A DNA stretch of 64,000 nt from Octopus sinensis (lineage: Eukaryota). Of the stretch, positions 38,070 through 48,896 are shown piece by piece (position 1 is the first letter of the stretch; every line of letters starts with the position of its first letter). Under the pieces are notes generated by a model that saw only the letters and a list, made by a program, of their open reading frames with translations, was not told the DNA's origin and searched no databases. The DNA lies in assembly GCF_006345805.1 (NCBI RefSeq), contig NC_042998.1, forward strand, positions 187,240,001 to 187,304,000, written 5' to 3'. Both the position numbers and the translations under genes were made by a program.

Positions 38070-38390
38070 ATAAAAAAAAGAAAGCTCAGCATTGGCTGAT
38101 AAACCCATGACTTGAGAACAAAGTGGTCCAAAGCAAAAACCTTCGGATGAGAACCTACCAAAAAATCATATAATGAAGCAGAGTACAAAGGAAAAAATGT
38201 TAGAGCAGAATGTATAAAATGTGTGGAGGTTGTGAAGAATGTGTTTCTGGCTGTTTGGTCATAATCAAAGCATAGTATGTAAACTGCCATAAAAGAGATA
38301 ATGGTTTCAAACACTGGAAACTATGCCAGCATTATGGAATATACTGGCATATTCTATAAAAAGAGGTAGTACAAATACACAGGATACAAT
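38070..38390 (+). mobile_element. Old RLE-type LINE fragment (zinc-knuckle region)
   Basis: Plus-strand reading ..LRMRTYQKII..MYKMCGGCEECVSGCLVIIKA*YVNCHK..KHWKLCQHYGI matches the C-x2-C..H..C / HWKLC region of RLE LINEs. Confidence 0.6.
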
Positions 38391-39795
38391 ATTTATCCTA
38401 CAAACAAGAGTGCATTTTACACTAAAAGCCAATCTGAGAGAGTTTCTCTCGTGGTATGTATTGCAGTATAGTTTGTTCTAAAAGAACATTCACATTTAAT
38501 TGGGGATAAAATCTTACGTGGTAAGCTGGCAGAATCATTAGCACACTGTGCAAAATGCTGTAGTGGCACAAACAGTCAGCGCCATATTGGATGAGATCTC
38601 ACGGCAGCCATTGCCATCTCTGAGACTGGAGCGAGCCCTCACCTGCATCCATTTGCCATGCGCGAGATCACAAGGCTTGTGATGGCAAACTGTATATAAG
38701 GGCAAAACAGATTGAGATTCTTCCTCACTTTTGCTGCCTCTCCTTTCCACCTCTTAGCAGCAGTGCTTGCTGAGTGCACTCCATTGGCTGGGCCTGTCTG
38801 TATGTTGTACCTCCAGAGGCAATGTGCCTGCACTAACAGAGCCACTACACAATGTACACAGCTAAAGATGGTTGCTGAGAGCAGCACACTTCACCTATCC
38901 TGTGAAACCTGTAAATAAACCACTTGTAAATAGCATTTGTACTTGAAGTCTTCTCTCTTCGTCTGCCGGAGCCTGAACCACACGAAGAACAAAAAGAGAT
39001 AATGGAAGAAGGCGGTATTCTCCCGATATCGTAAACCTTGCCATCCGTTATAATGCTTAGCAGCATTTCATCCATCAATACGTTCTGAGTTCAAATTCTG
39101 CTGAGGTCAGCTTTGCTTTCATCCTTTCGGGATCAATAAAATAAGTACCAGTATAGCACTGGAGTCAATGTAATTGACTTACCCCATCTCTCACAATGCT
39201 GGCCTTGTGCCAAAATTTGAACCCATTATTAATACTGCTTCTGTTGCTAATAAATATGTGTTAATAAGACACAAAAATGACTATACTACAGGATGTGATG
39301 ATTAAAACAAATTACATAATGATCATGATTATTATCATTTTTATGTCCACTTATCCATGCTTGCATGGATTAGATAGAATTAATTTTTCTATGGGTTAAT
39401 GCCTTTAATGATTTCAACTCTCAGTGGCTTCCAGACATGTTTATATAGAAGACTGGAAGCAAAGGACACCACTTGAATAACAGTGGTACTCACTTACTAC
39501 AATCACATGATGTCAAGACAAGAAGAGAAAAGCACACACACACATACACACAAACACACACGCACACACATATATATGTTGGAATGCATATGTGTCTATA
39601 TGTGTGAAAGTATATATATATATATACTTTTACACATATAGACACATATGCATTTCATATACTTTCACACATATAGACACATATGTGTGTGTGTGTGTGT
39701 GTGTATGTGTGCATATGCAGATTCTATGAATGACGTATTACTTTCCCCATGCCTATTGGAGTAATTTTGGTTATTCAACAGTTTTTTCATAGCGT

Positions 39796-39870
39796 TTGTC
39801 TTAATAACTGATGAGATGCCGGAGCAGACTTCAGTCCCGGCATCCTAAACTCTGAGTTTTATAATGACAA
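39796..39870 (+). ncRNA. Degenerate type I hammerhead ribozyme-like motif
   Basis: TTGTCTTAATAA-CTGATGA-GATGCCGG(14 nt)CCGGCATC-C-TAAAC-TCTGA-GTT-TTATAATGACAA. Stems I and II pair well, but the conserved GAAA reads TAAA. Confidence 0.5.
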
Positions 39871-39969
39871 CCAACTTATTGTCACATATATTTATAGATA
39901 AATTCCTCTATTTTACATAATATCAAGGTCCCATTCATTCTTTTGTTGTCATATTATTATTAATATATA

Positions 39970-40440
39970 TCATCATCATCATCATCATCGTTTAATGGCC
40001 GCTTTCCATGCTAGCATGGGTCAGACGATTTGACTGAGGATTGGCAAACCAGATGGCTGCGCCAGGCTCCAATCTGATCTGGCAGAGTTTCTACAGCTGG
40101 ATGCCCTTCCTAACATCAACCACTCCGAGAGAGTAGTGGGTGCTTTTACGTACCACCGGCACGAGGGCCAGTCTGGCGGTACTGGCAACGGCCACACTTA
40201 AAATGGGGCTTTTTACGTGCCACCTGCGCAGGAGTCAGTCCAGCGTCTTGTTCACATGCCACCGGCACAAGTGCCAGTAAGGCAACACTGGTAACGATCA
40301 CACTCAAGTGGTGCTTTTTACATGCCACCGGCACGGAAGCCAGACAGCTGCTCTGGCAGTGATCCCACTTGGATGGAGCTGTTAGCACTCCACTGGCCCG
40401 GGTGCCAGTCATCGAATTTGGTTCAATTTCGATTTCACTT
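39970..40440 (-). mobile_element. Family C repeat (RTE 3' UTR-derived)
   Basis: Family C motifs on the minus strand. Confidence 0.85.
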
Positions 40441-41184
40441 GCCCCGCCCAAGGTGGTGCACAGAAGGGATTGAACTTGAAATCATATGGTTGAGAAACAA
40501 ACTTCTTAACCACACGACCATGCCTATGCCTACAGAAATGAAAAAGAAAAAAGAAAAAAAATGGAAGAAAACGTCTCCTAAAAGGCATATTCATTTCAAC
40601 ATAGAACAAGGCATGTATAGCTAAAATGAACCAAGACATGAACTAAATATGAAATCCTATAAATAGAGACATCTAGAATGTAGGATTTAAAACATGCAAT
40701 CAATATGTGCCAAGGGAATAATAAAAGCAATGAAGATAATTATATAAACAAATTCCAAGGATTTACACAATATGTACAGAAAATAGTATTACATGACACT
40801 GTAAATATATTACATGGAGTATTTTCTCAATCCAATAAAAAGCGATATCCCACAAAATCCAAACAAATTATTGCACGTAGCCAAAGCAAGCATTACTATG
40901 TGTGGTTGCACAATAAAACCTGAAGCAACAATAATGACTATGGAAGTGATAATAACGATTACTGAGATAGTTACAAAGCAATATATATTTGCATGGACAC
41001 ACACACACACACACACACACACAGTTGATTGAATAAAATCTGGTATATTTTATTGGTTCTAGAAATATGAAAAGCAAAGTCAACTTCAAAAGGATTCGAT
41101 ATCAGAGTGTAGAGTGACATGACTAAATTCCATGACTTATTTTGTTTGACACTCTACCAGTTCTAGCCCGTTCACCTTAATAAT

Positions 41185-41246
41185 GTTATTATTATTAAGG
41201 ATGATGATGATGATGATGACGACGATGACGGCGATGCTAATGATGA

Positions 41247-41280
<34 letters not shown>

Positions 41281-41370
41281 GGTGAGGAGGAGGAGGAGGA
41301 GGAAAAGAAGAAGAAGAAAAGAAGAAGAAGAAGAAGAAGAAGAAGAAGAAGAAGAATATTGATAATAATA
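41185..41370 (+). repeat. Compound trinucleotide microsatellite (TTA)(GAT/GAC)(GGT)(GGA)(GAA)
   Basis: Read directly. Confidence 0.95.
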
Positions 41371-41709
41371 GGCAGTGGCTCTCATGGCTTCTGATCTTAA
41401 CTGATTGGAAGTGTTATCATGTATATTGTTTTGTCTTGGTATAAAAGATGGGCTACAGCAAATATTCTGCTCAATACCACAGATTTGCTTGTCAGTTGTT
41501 TGACCGTAACCAGTTGAGCACGTCCTTTAGTGGCTGACAATATATGCATCTCTGATCATGAGCAGAAGTAGTCGGGGAACATCATAGCCATTGGTTGAGA
41601 GGAATTCTTTGAGGTTTAGATAATTCACCTTTGGAAACATGGGTGTTTCGTTTAACATCCTTAAACAACCTTTTCGGGGACCTGTAGAAAATTGTGACAA
41701 ATGCACCAA

Positions 41710-41940
41710 TCCAATCGTGGCCATTGCCAGCCTTGCCTGGCACCTGTGCAGGTGGCACGTAAAAAAACCCCACTACACTCACGGAGTGGTTGGCGTTAGG
41801 AAGGGCATCCAGCTGTCGAAACTCTGCCAGATCAGACTGGAGCCTGGTGCAGCCTTCTGGCTTCCCAGATCCCCGGTCAAACCGTCCAACCCATGCTAGC
41901 ATGGAGAACGGACGCTAAATGATGATGATGATGATGATGG
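41710..41940 (+). mobile_element. Family C repeat (RTE 3' UTR-derived)
   Basis: Family C motifs and (GAT)n tail. Confidence 0.85.
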
Positions 41941-42059
41941 AACCTGACCCTTCCATAAGAATTGAGAAAGCAAACACTCCAATCTGGTCAGAGTTTTCTT
42001 AGGACAAGGTACAACTGCTAGGCAGTAGTACACTACCAAGGTGATATATGCATTTGCTA

Positions 42060-44250
42060 CTTCTGCCTAGCCTTTCAGCAACAGCTTCCTTTCCGTCCAT
42101 TTCTGGTTGAGCTTGGCCACCCTAGTCATGACCTCTTCCCAGTTCCTATCCACCCGGAGATCTGGTCCAAACCAAACTCCGAGTACTTTCATCATATCCT
42201 CAATCCAGCGACAGAAATCGCTGCTAGTTGACTTGCCTCTCCAAGAGCTTAGTTGCAGACCTTCTGACATGTCATGGTTTATGAGTGCTCCTGGGCATTC
42301 CTGAAATTCTTTCAGTATAGTGTCAATCTTTTCTATGTCTGAAGAGTCTGATGCCATGTCAGTGACATCATCCACGCATGCAGACACAGCTCTCCTGTGA
42401 CCTAGTTCCAGTGGGATACCCCTCAAATTCTTCATCCTTCGCAGCAAGGGTTCTAAATCTAAAATATATAAAAGTGGGGAGAGGGAACGTTCTTGGGGTA
42501 CTGAGCATTCAATACTGAAAAGTTCTGAGAGATTGTCGTGGATAGACCAATCAGGGATCACACAGGTTTGTGCATCCCCAACTATACTACTGACAACAAA
42601 CGCCAGCCTTTTGGCAAGCATCTTAGCTAAAATTCTTAACTCAGGGTTGAGTAGAGTTAAAAGTCTGAAGTTTTCAATCACACCCTCATTGTTTGGATCC
42701 TTCCTCAGCAGCATCACCATTCCCCAACTCACACAACTGGGAATGCTTCCTGTCTGTTGCCAGGAGCAGTAGACATCTGCCAAAATCAGTGTAAACAAGT
42801 CTGATATGTGAGCATAAAGTTCATAGGGCATTCCATCCAATCCTGGTGATTTGCACCTGATGCAGTGACCCAGTACATCTTCCACTTCCTCCACTGAAAT
42901 TGGCTTCTCATAGCACATGATACCCTTGTTTGATAGGTGTGGCATACCTTTGACATAAATTTTAAAGCCCTCTGTGTCAAGAATGCCACTCCTCGAAAAG
43001 AGGTTGGCAAAATGCTGCCGAAACACTATGCTCATCTGTTTGGAATCGGAGTGCACATGGCCACTGTGGACTGACAGAATGAATCCTAGATTTTTTTCCA
43101 TGTTGTGCCTCCACTACCCAGGCCCAACCAACGGCTTTTGAGCCTTCATGTTTTAAGGCATGCACCCTAGCTCGGACAATGCAGCCTTCATGTTTTATGT
43201 CAAAGAAATGGTCAAATGCCATTCTTGCTGCCAGCACATCATTTTCAATTCCACTTTTATGTGCCTCTTCTAAGTTACTAACTACTTTATTTTCTATTCT
43301 GTTGTTTTCTAAAGCAATCTCTTTGCTAAAACTAACTGACACCTCTCTGATTTTCCTTTTTAAGGAGACCCACCATCTGTTTTTGATGATGGCTCCTGTC
43401 AATTCCTGTTTAAGTTGTCTGAGAGCTGTGTCTGCATGCACGATGATGTCACTGTCGTGGCATCAGACTCTTCAGACAAAGAAAAGATTGACACTATACT
43501 GAAAGAATATCAGGAATGCCCAGGAGCACTCATAAACCATGACATCTTAGAAGGTCTGCAACTAGGCTCTTGGAGAGGCAAGTCAACTAGCAGCAATTTC
43601 TGTCGCTGGACTGATCCAGGTCCCTGGGAAGGACGTGTTCAGCTTCCAGTAACCAGGTCCTAGTCTGATTGTTTTTCCCAAGTTGACCATAAAGATCCCA
43701 AATTTGTGATCTAAATAGCCAATGATCTGAAAATGCGGGCAACTTATATTATGCCTATCTACTAACCTAATAAAAACCCTATCTAAGTATGACCTGGATG
43801 ATTTGACCAAGTCCACACTGGTGTATTTGGGTGATCAAAGCAAAGCCTGTCATACAGTTGGAAATGTCTGAGGAAGTTAGCAAGGCTTTTGTACCCCACT
43901 CTCCTATCCACTGCTCCTACATAATCTCTGCTTCTGTCTAAGATTCCATTCCAGTTACCCACTAACACTAATGAGTGAGATGTTCCTAGGAAAGTCTCTA
44001 GACATCTAAAGAAATCTGGCTGTCCAGCTCCTGTTGGGGCATAGACTGCCACTAGTCTGAAAGCTCTTCCATTGCTGTCTTTGCTGCTTACATCCAAGAT
44101 CACCATCCTACCGAGCAGGTGAAGAAAAACCGTATTCACCTTCAAGTCAAGGCTTTTTCAAAAAAGCACTGTGGCACCATTTGATCCAGGTTGACCAGAG
44201 GTGATATAAACCTCGTAGACATCCAGAAGAAGAGCAAGCAATTGTGTTTC
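42060..44250 (-). mobile_element. Tx1/L1-clade LINE ORF2 relic (APE endonuclease plus RT), with internal deletions and a rearrangement
   Basis: APE motifs GRMVILDV..FRLVAVYAP..VLVGNWN..VWTWSN, SYLDRVF and GPGYWKLNTS; RT motifs KSPGLDGMPYELY, NFRLLTLLNPELRILAKMLAKRL, SPLLYILDLEPLL and SACVDDVT (decayed YADD). Confidence 0.92.
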
Positions 44251-44339
44251 AGAAATCCTAGTTTTGCGAATGGCTACTGTGTTCAGACATAGTGACCTGA
44301 GGTTGTTGAACAGGTGACCCTGTTTCCATACTGCCCTCA

Positions 44340-44640
44340 GCTAACTGGTATGAACACCATCCAAAGTCAGTGGTTGAAGGTAAAAATGTCACCATCTTCT
44401 GGGATTTTCAAATCAACATTGACAAAACAATCCCGGATAATTGACCAGACATAATTATTACAAACAGACAAGAAAATACATGTGGACTGATAGATGTAAG
44501 TGTCCCCACTGATAAAAATATATCTGTAAAGGAATTTGACAAGCTTAGTAAATATAAGAATGGCACTTTAAAGCAAAAACGGTTCCTGTTATCGTAGATG
44601 CCTTAGGTATGATAAAAAAAAAAATGGATGTCAGAAACAT
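44340..44640 (+). mobile_element. RLE-type LINE endonuclease fragment
   Basis: NWYEHHPKSVVEGKNVTIFWDFQI..PDIII..LIDVSVPTD..KEFDKLSKYK. Confidence 0.8.
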
Positions 44641-44863
44641 CTCGACAACAGCCAAATCCTTAAAAAAAACCCTATTGATTTAAATGTTTGTGTTGTATTA
44701 TATGAATGTATTTCTAAACTGCCCTTCCACTCCCCTTCCCCAAGCTTTCAATTATATTTCGGCATCTCTTAACCTTCATTTGTCCTAGGGTGCTAGTTGT
44801 GACCCAGCAAGTGACTGCACCAACCATACAGATTTTAAAAAAATACTACTAATAATAGTCCTT

Positions 44864-45325
44864 TCTTATTTCTTTACTGCCCACAAGGGGCTACACACAG
44901 AGGGGACAAACAAGGACAGACAAACGGATTAAGTTGATTATATTGACCCCAGTGCGTAACTGGTACTTATTTAATCGACCCCAAAAGGATGAAAGGCAAA
45001 GTCGACCTCAGCGGAATTTGAACTCAGAACGTAACGGCAGACGAAATACGGCTACGCATTTCGCCCGGCGTGTTAACGATTTTGCCAGCTCGCCGCCTTT
45101 TAATAGTCCTTTCTACTCTAGGCCCAAAGCCTGAAAGTTTTGGTGGGAGGGAATAGTTGATTACATCGATCCCAGTGCTCAACTGGTACTTAATTCATCA
45201 ACCCAGAAAAGATGGAAGGCAAACATCAACCTTTGTGGAATTTGAACTCAGAACATAAAGATGGATGTGATGCCAGTAAACATTTTGTCCAGCGTGCTAA
45301 TGATTCAGCCAGCTAGCTGTCTTTA
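44864..45325 (-). mobile_element. SINE B1 (44864-45098) inserted at the tail of a SINE B2 (45099-45325)
   Basis: TSD TAATAGTCCTTTCT on both sides of the B1 copy. Confidence 0.82.
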
Positions 45326-45429
45326 AACATTATACTGAAAGAGCAGGTATTGTGAGTTAAACATAGTTCTGTGTAGCCATCAGAAAGTAATACTCAAGAG
45401 TAGCCTGTCTTTTGTCTTCACAAATAACA

Positions 45430-46060
45430 CTGAAAATGTGCAGAGAACAACTTCTGCTACATTCCAGGGAGAAAAACTAGAAGTAGTTGATAGCTTCCAT
45501 TACCTAGGTGACCAAGTCAGTAGCGGGGGAATGTGTGCTGAAAGTGTAGCTGCTAGAATAAGAATAGCCTGGGCTAAGTTCAGAGAGCTCTTACCTCTAC
45601 TGGTGACAAAGGACTTCTCGCTCAGAGTAAAAGGTAGACTGTACAATGCATGTGTACGAACAGCCATGCTACATGGCAGTGCCGTGACTGCTGAGGACAT
45701 GCGTAAGCTCACAAGGAATGAAGCCAGCATGCTCTGATGGATATGTAATGTCAGTGTGCATACTTGACAAAGTGTTAGTGCCTTGAGAGAAAGGTTGGAC
45801 CTAAGAAGCATCAGATGTGGTGTGCAAGAGAGACGACTGCGCTGGTAAGGTCATGTGGCGAGAATGGATGTGGATAGCTGTGTGAAAAAGTGCCACACCC
45901 TAGCAGTTGAGGGAATCTGTGGAAGAGGTAGACCCAGGAAGACCTGGGATGAGGTGGTGAAGCATGACCTTCAAACACTGGGCCTCACTGAGGCAATGAC
46001 TAGTGACCAGGACCTCTGTAAAGTGAGTGGTGTTAGGGAGGGCATCCAGCTTTAGAAACC
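45430..46060 (+). mobile_element. RTE-clade LINE 3' part, decayed
   Basis: EKLEVVDSFHYLGD..RIRIAWAKFRELLPLL..KGRLYNACVRTAMLHGS..RLRW*GHVARM..GRGRPRKTWDEVVKHDL, then a family C-like motif. Confidence 0.9.
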
Positions 46061-46549
46061 AAGATGACACTGGAGCACAACATATACCTGTAGCTTGTCA
46101 GATCCTCTCAAACTATTCAATCCATACCAGTATGGAAATTGGATGTTAATTCACGACGAGGTTGATGATCTTTTCTTTTATAACTACAAGGGAACACTGA
46201 CTGAGTGGACATTAATGGTGTATGTTACAAAGAGTGTGGGGTTTACACAGAAATCAAATGAATGGAAAGAGAAAATGACAGAATACACAGGAGACTAACA
46301 TATGACAGAATCCTAGGAGAGGAGGACTGCTGCCTAGGGCCAACCAAGGAACCCCACAGATTCAGGATTACTCTGACTAACAAGAATTAGTGCCTTTTCA
46401 CAGATCTATTGCCTACTATACTGGCACATGTTGAGAATACTCTATTCACCCAGGCCAAGCTGTCTGCTCTAATCTTCCTTCAGTAGATAATAGAAGCCAC
46501 CACACAACTTCTTTCACCATGGCTACCCGATAGAAAACCTGCCTGCTTT

Positions 46550-47200
46550 TTCTGGTCAAAGAAAGTTGGCAGGCAACTATCAGCTTCATTGCCCAACTAG
46601 TCAAAGGCTATGAACACCCACATAACATTTCAAAATCAGGTACCCAGTTTTGGCTTTAGTTTTATCCAGTTCTACAACTCTGTCAAAGAGATGAACTTTG
46701 AGAAAAGTGCCCGACAAAAGGCAACCACATGTGCTTACAAGTGAGGAAGTCCATGAGATACTAAAGCCTTAGCATATCATAGAGGGTGTTGGCAGGAGAT
46801 TAACCTTCTGACCAGTTAAACACACCCCTTTCACAAAAAGCAAAAGAGCAGCTGCTCCAATCTAGTCAGATAAAAAGAGGGACAGGTCATGAGATTTAGG
46901 TTGTAATTTATGATGGTGGCTATGCTTGTGTTCACTGCCCTTGCTTGATCTTTCAAAGATAGCTTCCTCTTAGTTCTTTTCCTTTGTTAGATTTGCTAGG
47001 CTCAAAGCAGTTCAGTTCCTATTGTGTTTGATGGCATGGGCTTACCTCTTCAAGTGCCAAACTAGAAGCCTATCAACTTGTCTTGGTTTAAATTTTACTC
47101 CTGTTACTGCATGATAATCCTTTACAGTGATATGAACCACTTCAACCCCAGTGATATCTGTCAATAGCATGATGACAGGATTCACTTATGCCAAGCACAG
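46550..47200 (+). mobile_element. Possible very old DIRS/Ngaro-type retroelement RT remnant
   Basis: Weak fragments VKGYEHP, EEVHEILKP*HIIE and YLFKCQTRSLSTC (cf. YQFKALPFGLSTAP), in plausible order. Confidence 0.25.
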
Positions 47201-47400
47201 CTCTCCTGCATCCCAGATTGAATGAGACACCCTTCAAAAACTCATGCTTCCACAAGTGACTCAAAGGTCAGTATATACTGAGAAGATGAGAGGATATCCA
47301 TGATGGACTGAATATGTGCTTTGAATAGATTAAAATAAATACTATAATAGATTATTTATATTTTTATTTCTGATGCTTCAAAGATCTTTTCCCTACTTAC

Positions 47401-47504
47401 ATTCTATCATCATTCAGTATAAATTTCTTTCTGCAAAACTTCTGCCAAAGAATGCTGGCACTATTAAAAATGACATTTCTCATAGTAAGTACACTGTCAG
47501 GCAT
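47401..47504 (-). CDS. Candidate first coding segment of an unidentified divergent gene (MPDSVLTMRNVIFNSASILWQKFCRKKFILNDDR..)
   Basis: Minus-strand 150-nt segment 47550-47401 with acceptor ttgcag| and a strong donor AAT|gtaagt. Only the frame starting at ATG 47504 is open. No family recognised. Confidence 0.3.
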
Positions 47505-47799
47505 CTAGAACCAGTCTATTTCTTCTCCCCAAGGACTTATACAATATTTTCTGCAATGCATTTCTCCTTTAAACACATTTACTTCTTATGATTAGTAGGT
47601 TAACTCAAAGTTTGGTGCTTATATCAATCAAAAAGATTTACATGCTACAAAAATTTTCATTTAATTGTTTTCAGAATTTCCTACAACATCCCCTAAATGA
47701 AAAATATTTTCTAATATATTTACAGCCAAGAGATATCCTTCTTTTAATTCTTTTCAGTTATTTTAAATATAAAAAAAAAAAACTATCGAATTTCAATGT

Positions 47800-48088
47800 A
47801 ACTATCAACATTTTTCACGCGCTACAACACGAGTTACTGACACTTGGAATTCTTGAAATTCTCTCAATAGACACTTGGTGGCGTTGTCTACCAGTTACGT
47901 CATGTGCACGTTTAAGATGGCGCTAACATAGTGACGTCTGTTTGTACTCGAGGAGCGCTTCTCTTCGCTGTGTTTTTCTCTAAGTTAAACCAGATCTATC
48001 GGTAGTACACCACTACTTTGTATATATGAGTAAACTCGCCCGGCAAAAATACTTATTCATTTAGCTGGGGGAATCTTTTGTTTCCAAA
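47800..48088. promoter_or_regulatory. Promoter / 5' region of CERT1, possibly bidirectional
   Basis: Locally CpG-rich, repeat-free stretch immediately upstream of the ATG. Contains AAGATGGCGC (47914-47923, YY1-type motif), TTACGTCA (47895-47902) and TGACGTC (47932-47938, CRE/ATF-like). Confidence 0.6.
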
Positions 48089-48325
48089 ATGTCGGAGGAG
48101 AGAGACGTGCTTAGTATCACAGACGACGAGGAAAACGATGAGTTCGAAGATGAAGGCCACTTGCCAGAGAAACACGGCACTCTAAGTAAATGGACTAACT
48201 ATCTTCATGGTTGGCAGGATCGGTACGTTGTGCTTAAGGATGGTACTTTCAGTTATTTCAAATCCGCCTCCGAAACAGCCTATGGATGTAGGGGCGCTGT
48301 CAGTTTAAACAGAGCCTGTGTGACG
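48089..48325 (+). CDS. CERT1: Ceramide transfer protein (CERT / COL4A3BP / GPBP), first coding exon: acidic N-terminus and most of the PH domain
   Basis: Translation MSEERDVLSITDDEENDEFEDEGHLPEKHGTLSKWTNYLHGWQDRYVVLKDGTFSYFKSASETAYGCRGAVSLNRACVT closely matches the vertebrate CERT PH domain ([50 protein letters not shown]). It ends at a canonical phase-0 donor ACG|gtaagc (48326), the position where vertebrate CERT1 has an intron as I recall it. The next expected exon (PH[D/E]FDECRFD..) was not found in the window. Confidence 0.95.
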
Positions 48326-48800
48326 GTAAGCAATTATCAACTTTGTCATTTGCTGTCTCCTATTTTATTGTTAACTTAAATCTCATACAACAACACTCTA
48401 CAGAAACCTTTCTTGGAGCAAGATATGTTTTTTTTTGTAATGTTAAATAAAAAAACACCCCCCGCCGAAATGGATTTAAGAACAGCTGACTTCAGTTTTA
48501 TTTTCGATTTGTGGATAAAAAAAAATTAAAAGCGAAAACATTTCTTTGACAAGGAATGGGTGCGGCTTGTAAGCTTTATTATTTTCGTTGTAAATTATTC
48601 TCTTCATAATCGTTTGGTGGAATTCCTGTCCGAACTTCTAAAGTCTACATTTTCTTGTAAAGTTGTTTGAGGAAATTTCCGTTCACCCTCTCTCTCTCCG
48701 TTTTTCATTCGTCATATATATATATATATGTAGGTCCCGGGTTGAGTCGGGGTTAACCACAGTAAATAAGGTACTCAATACATAGCAGAGTAAATTAATT

Positions 48801-48896
48801 TATTTTATAGAAGGAGCTTCTACAGGACTAGAACTGTTTCATGATTTCTTTTGAATGAAACAGTTCTAGTCCTGTAGAAGCTCCTTCTATAAAATA
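48801..48896. repeat. Perfect palindrome, 42-bp arms with a 12-nt spacer, in CERT1 intron 1
   Basis: 48801-48842 is the exact reverse complement of 48855-48896. Confidence 0.95.

Noticed and set aside
37925-38314. 129-aa minus-strand ORF with a kinase-like SLYDFL..KSWVYQ stretch
   Set aside because: The opposite strand reads as a decayed RLE-LINE zinc-knuckle region. No other kinase subdomains or convincing splice sites are present.
47401-47504. POLK as the head-to-head partner of CERT1, as in vertebrates
   Set aside because: The peptide lacks the POLK N-terminal motif (LNDNKAGMEGLDKEKIN..), and no Y-family polymerase exons were seen in the window.
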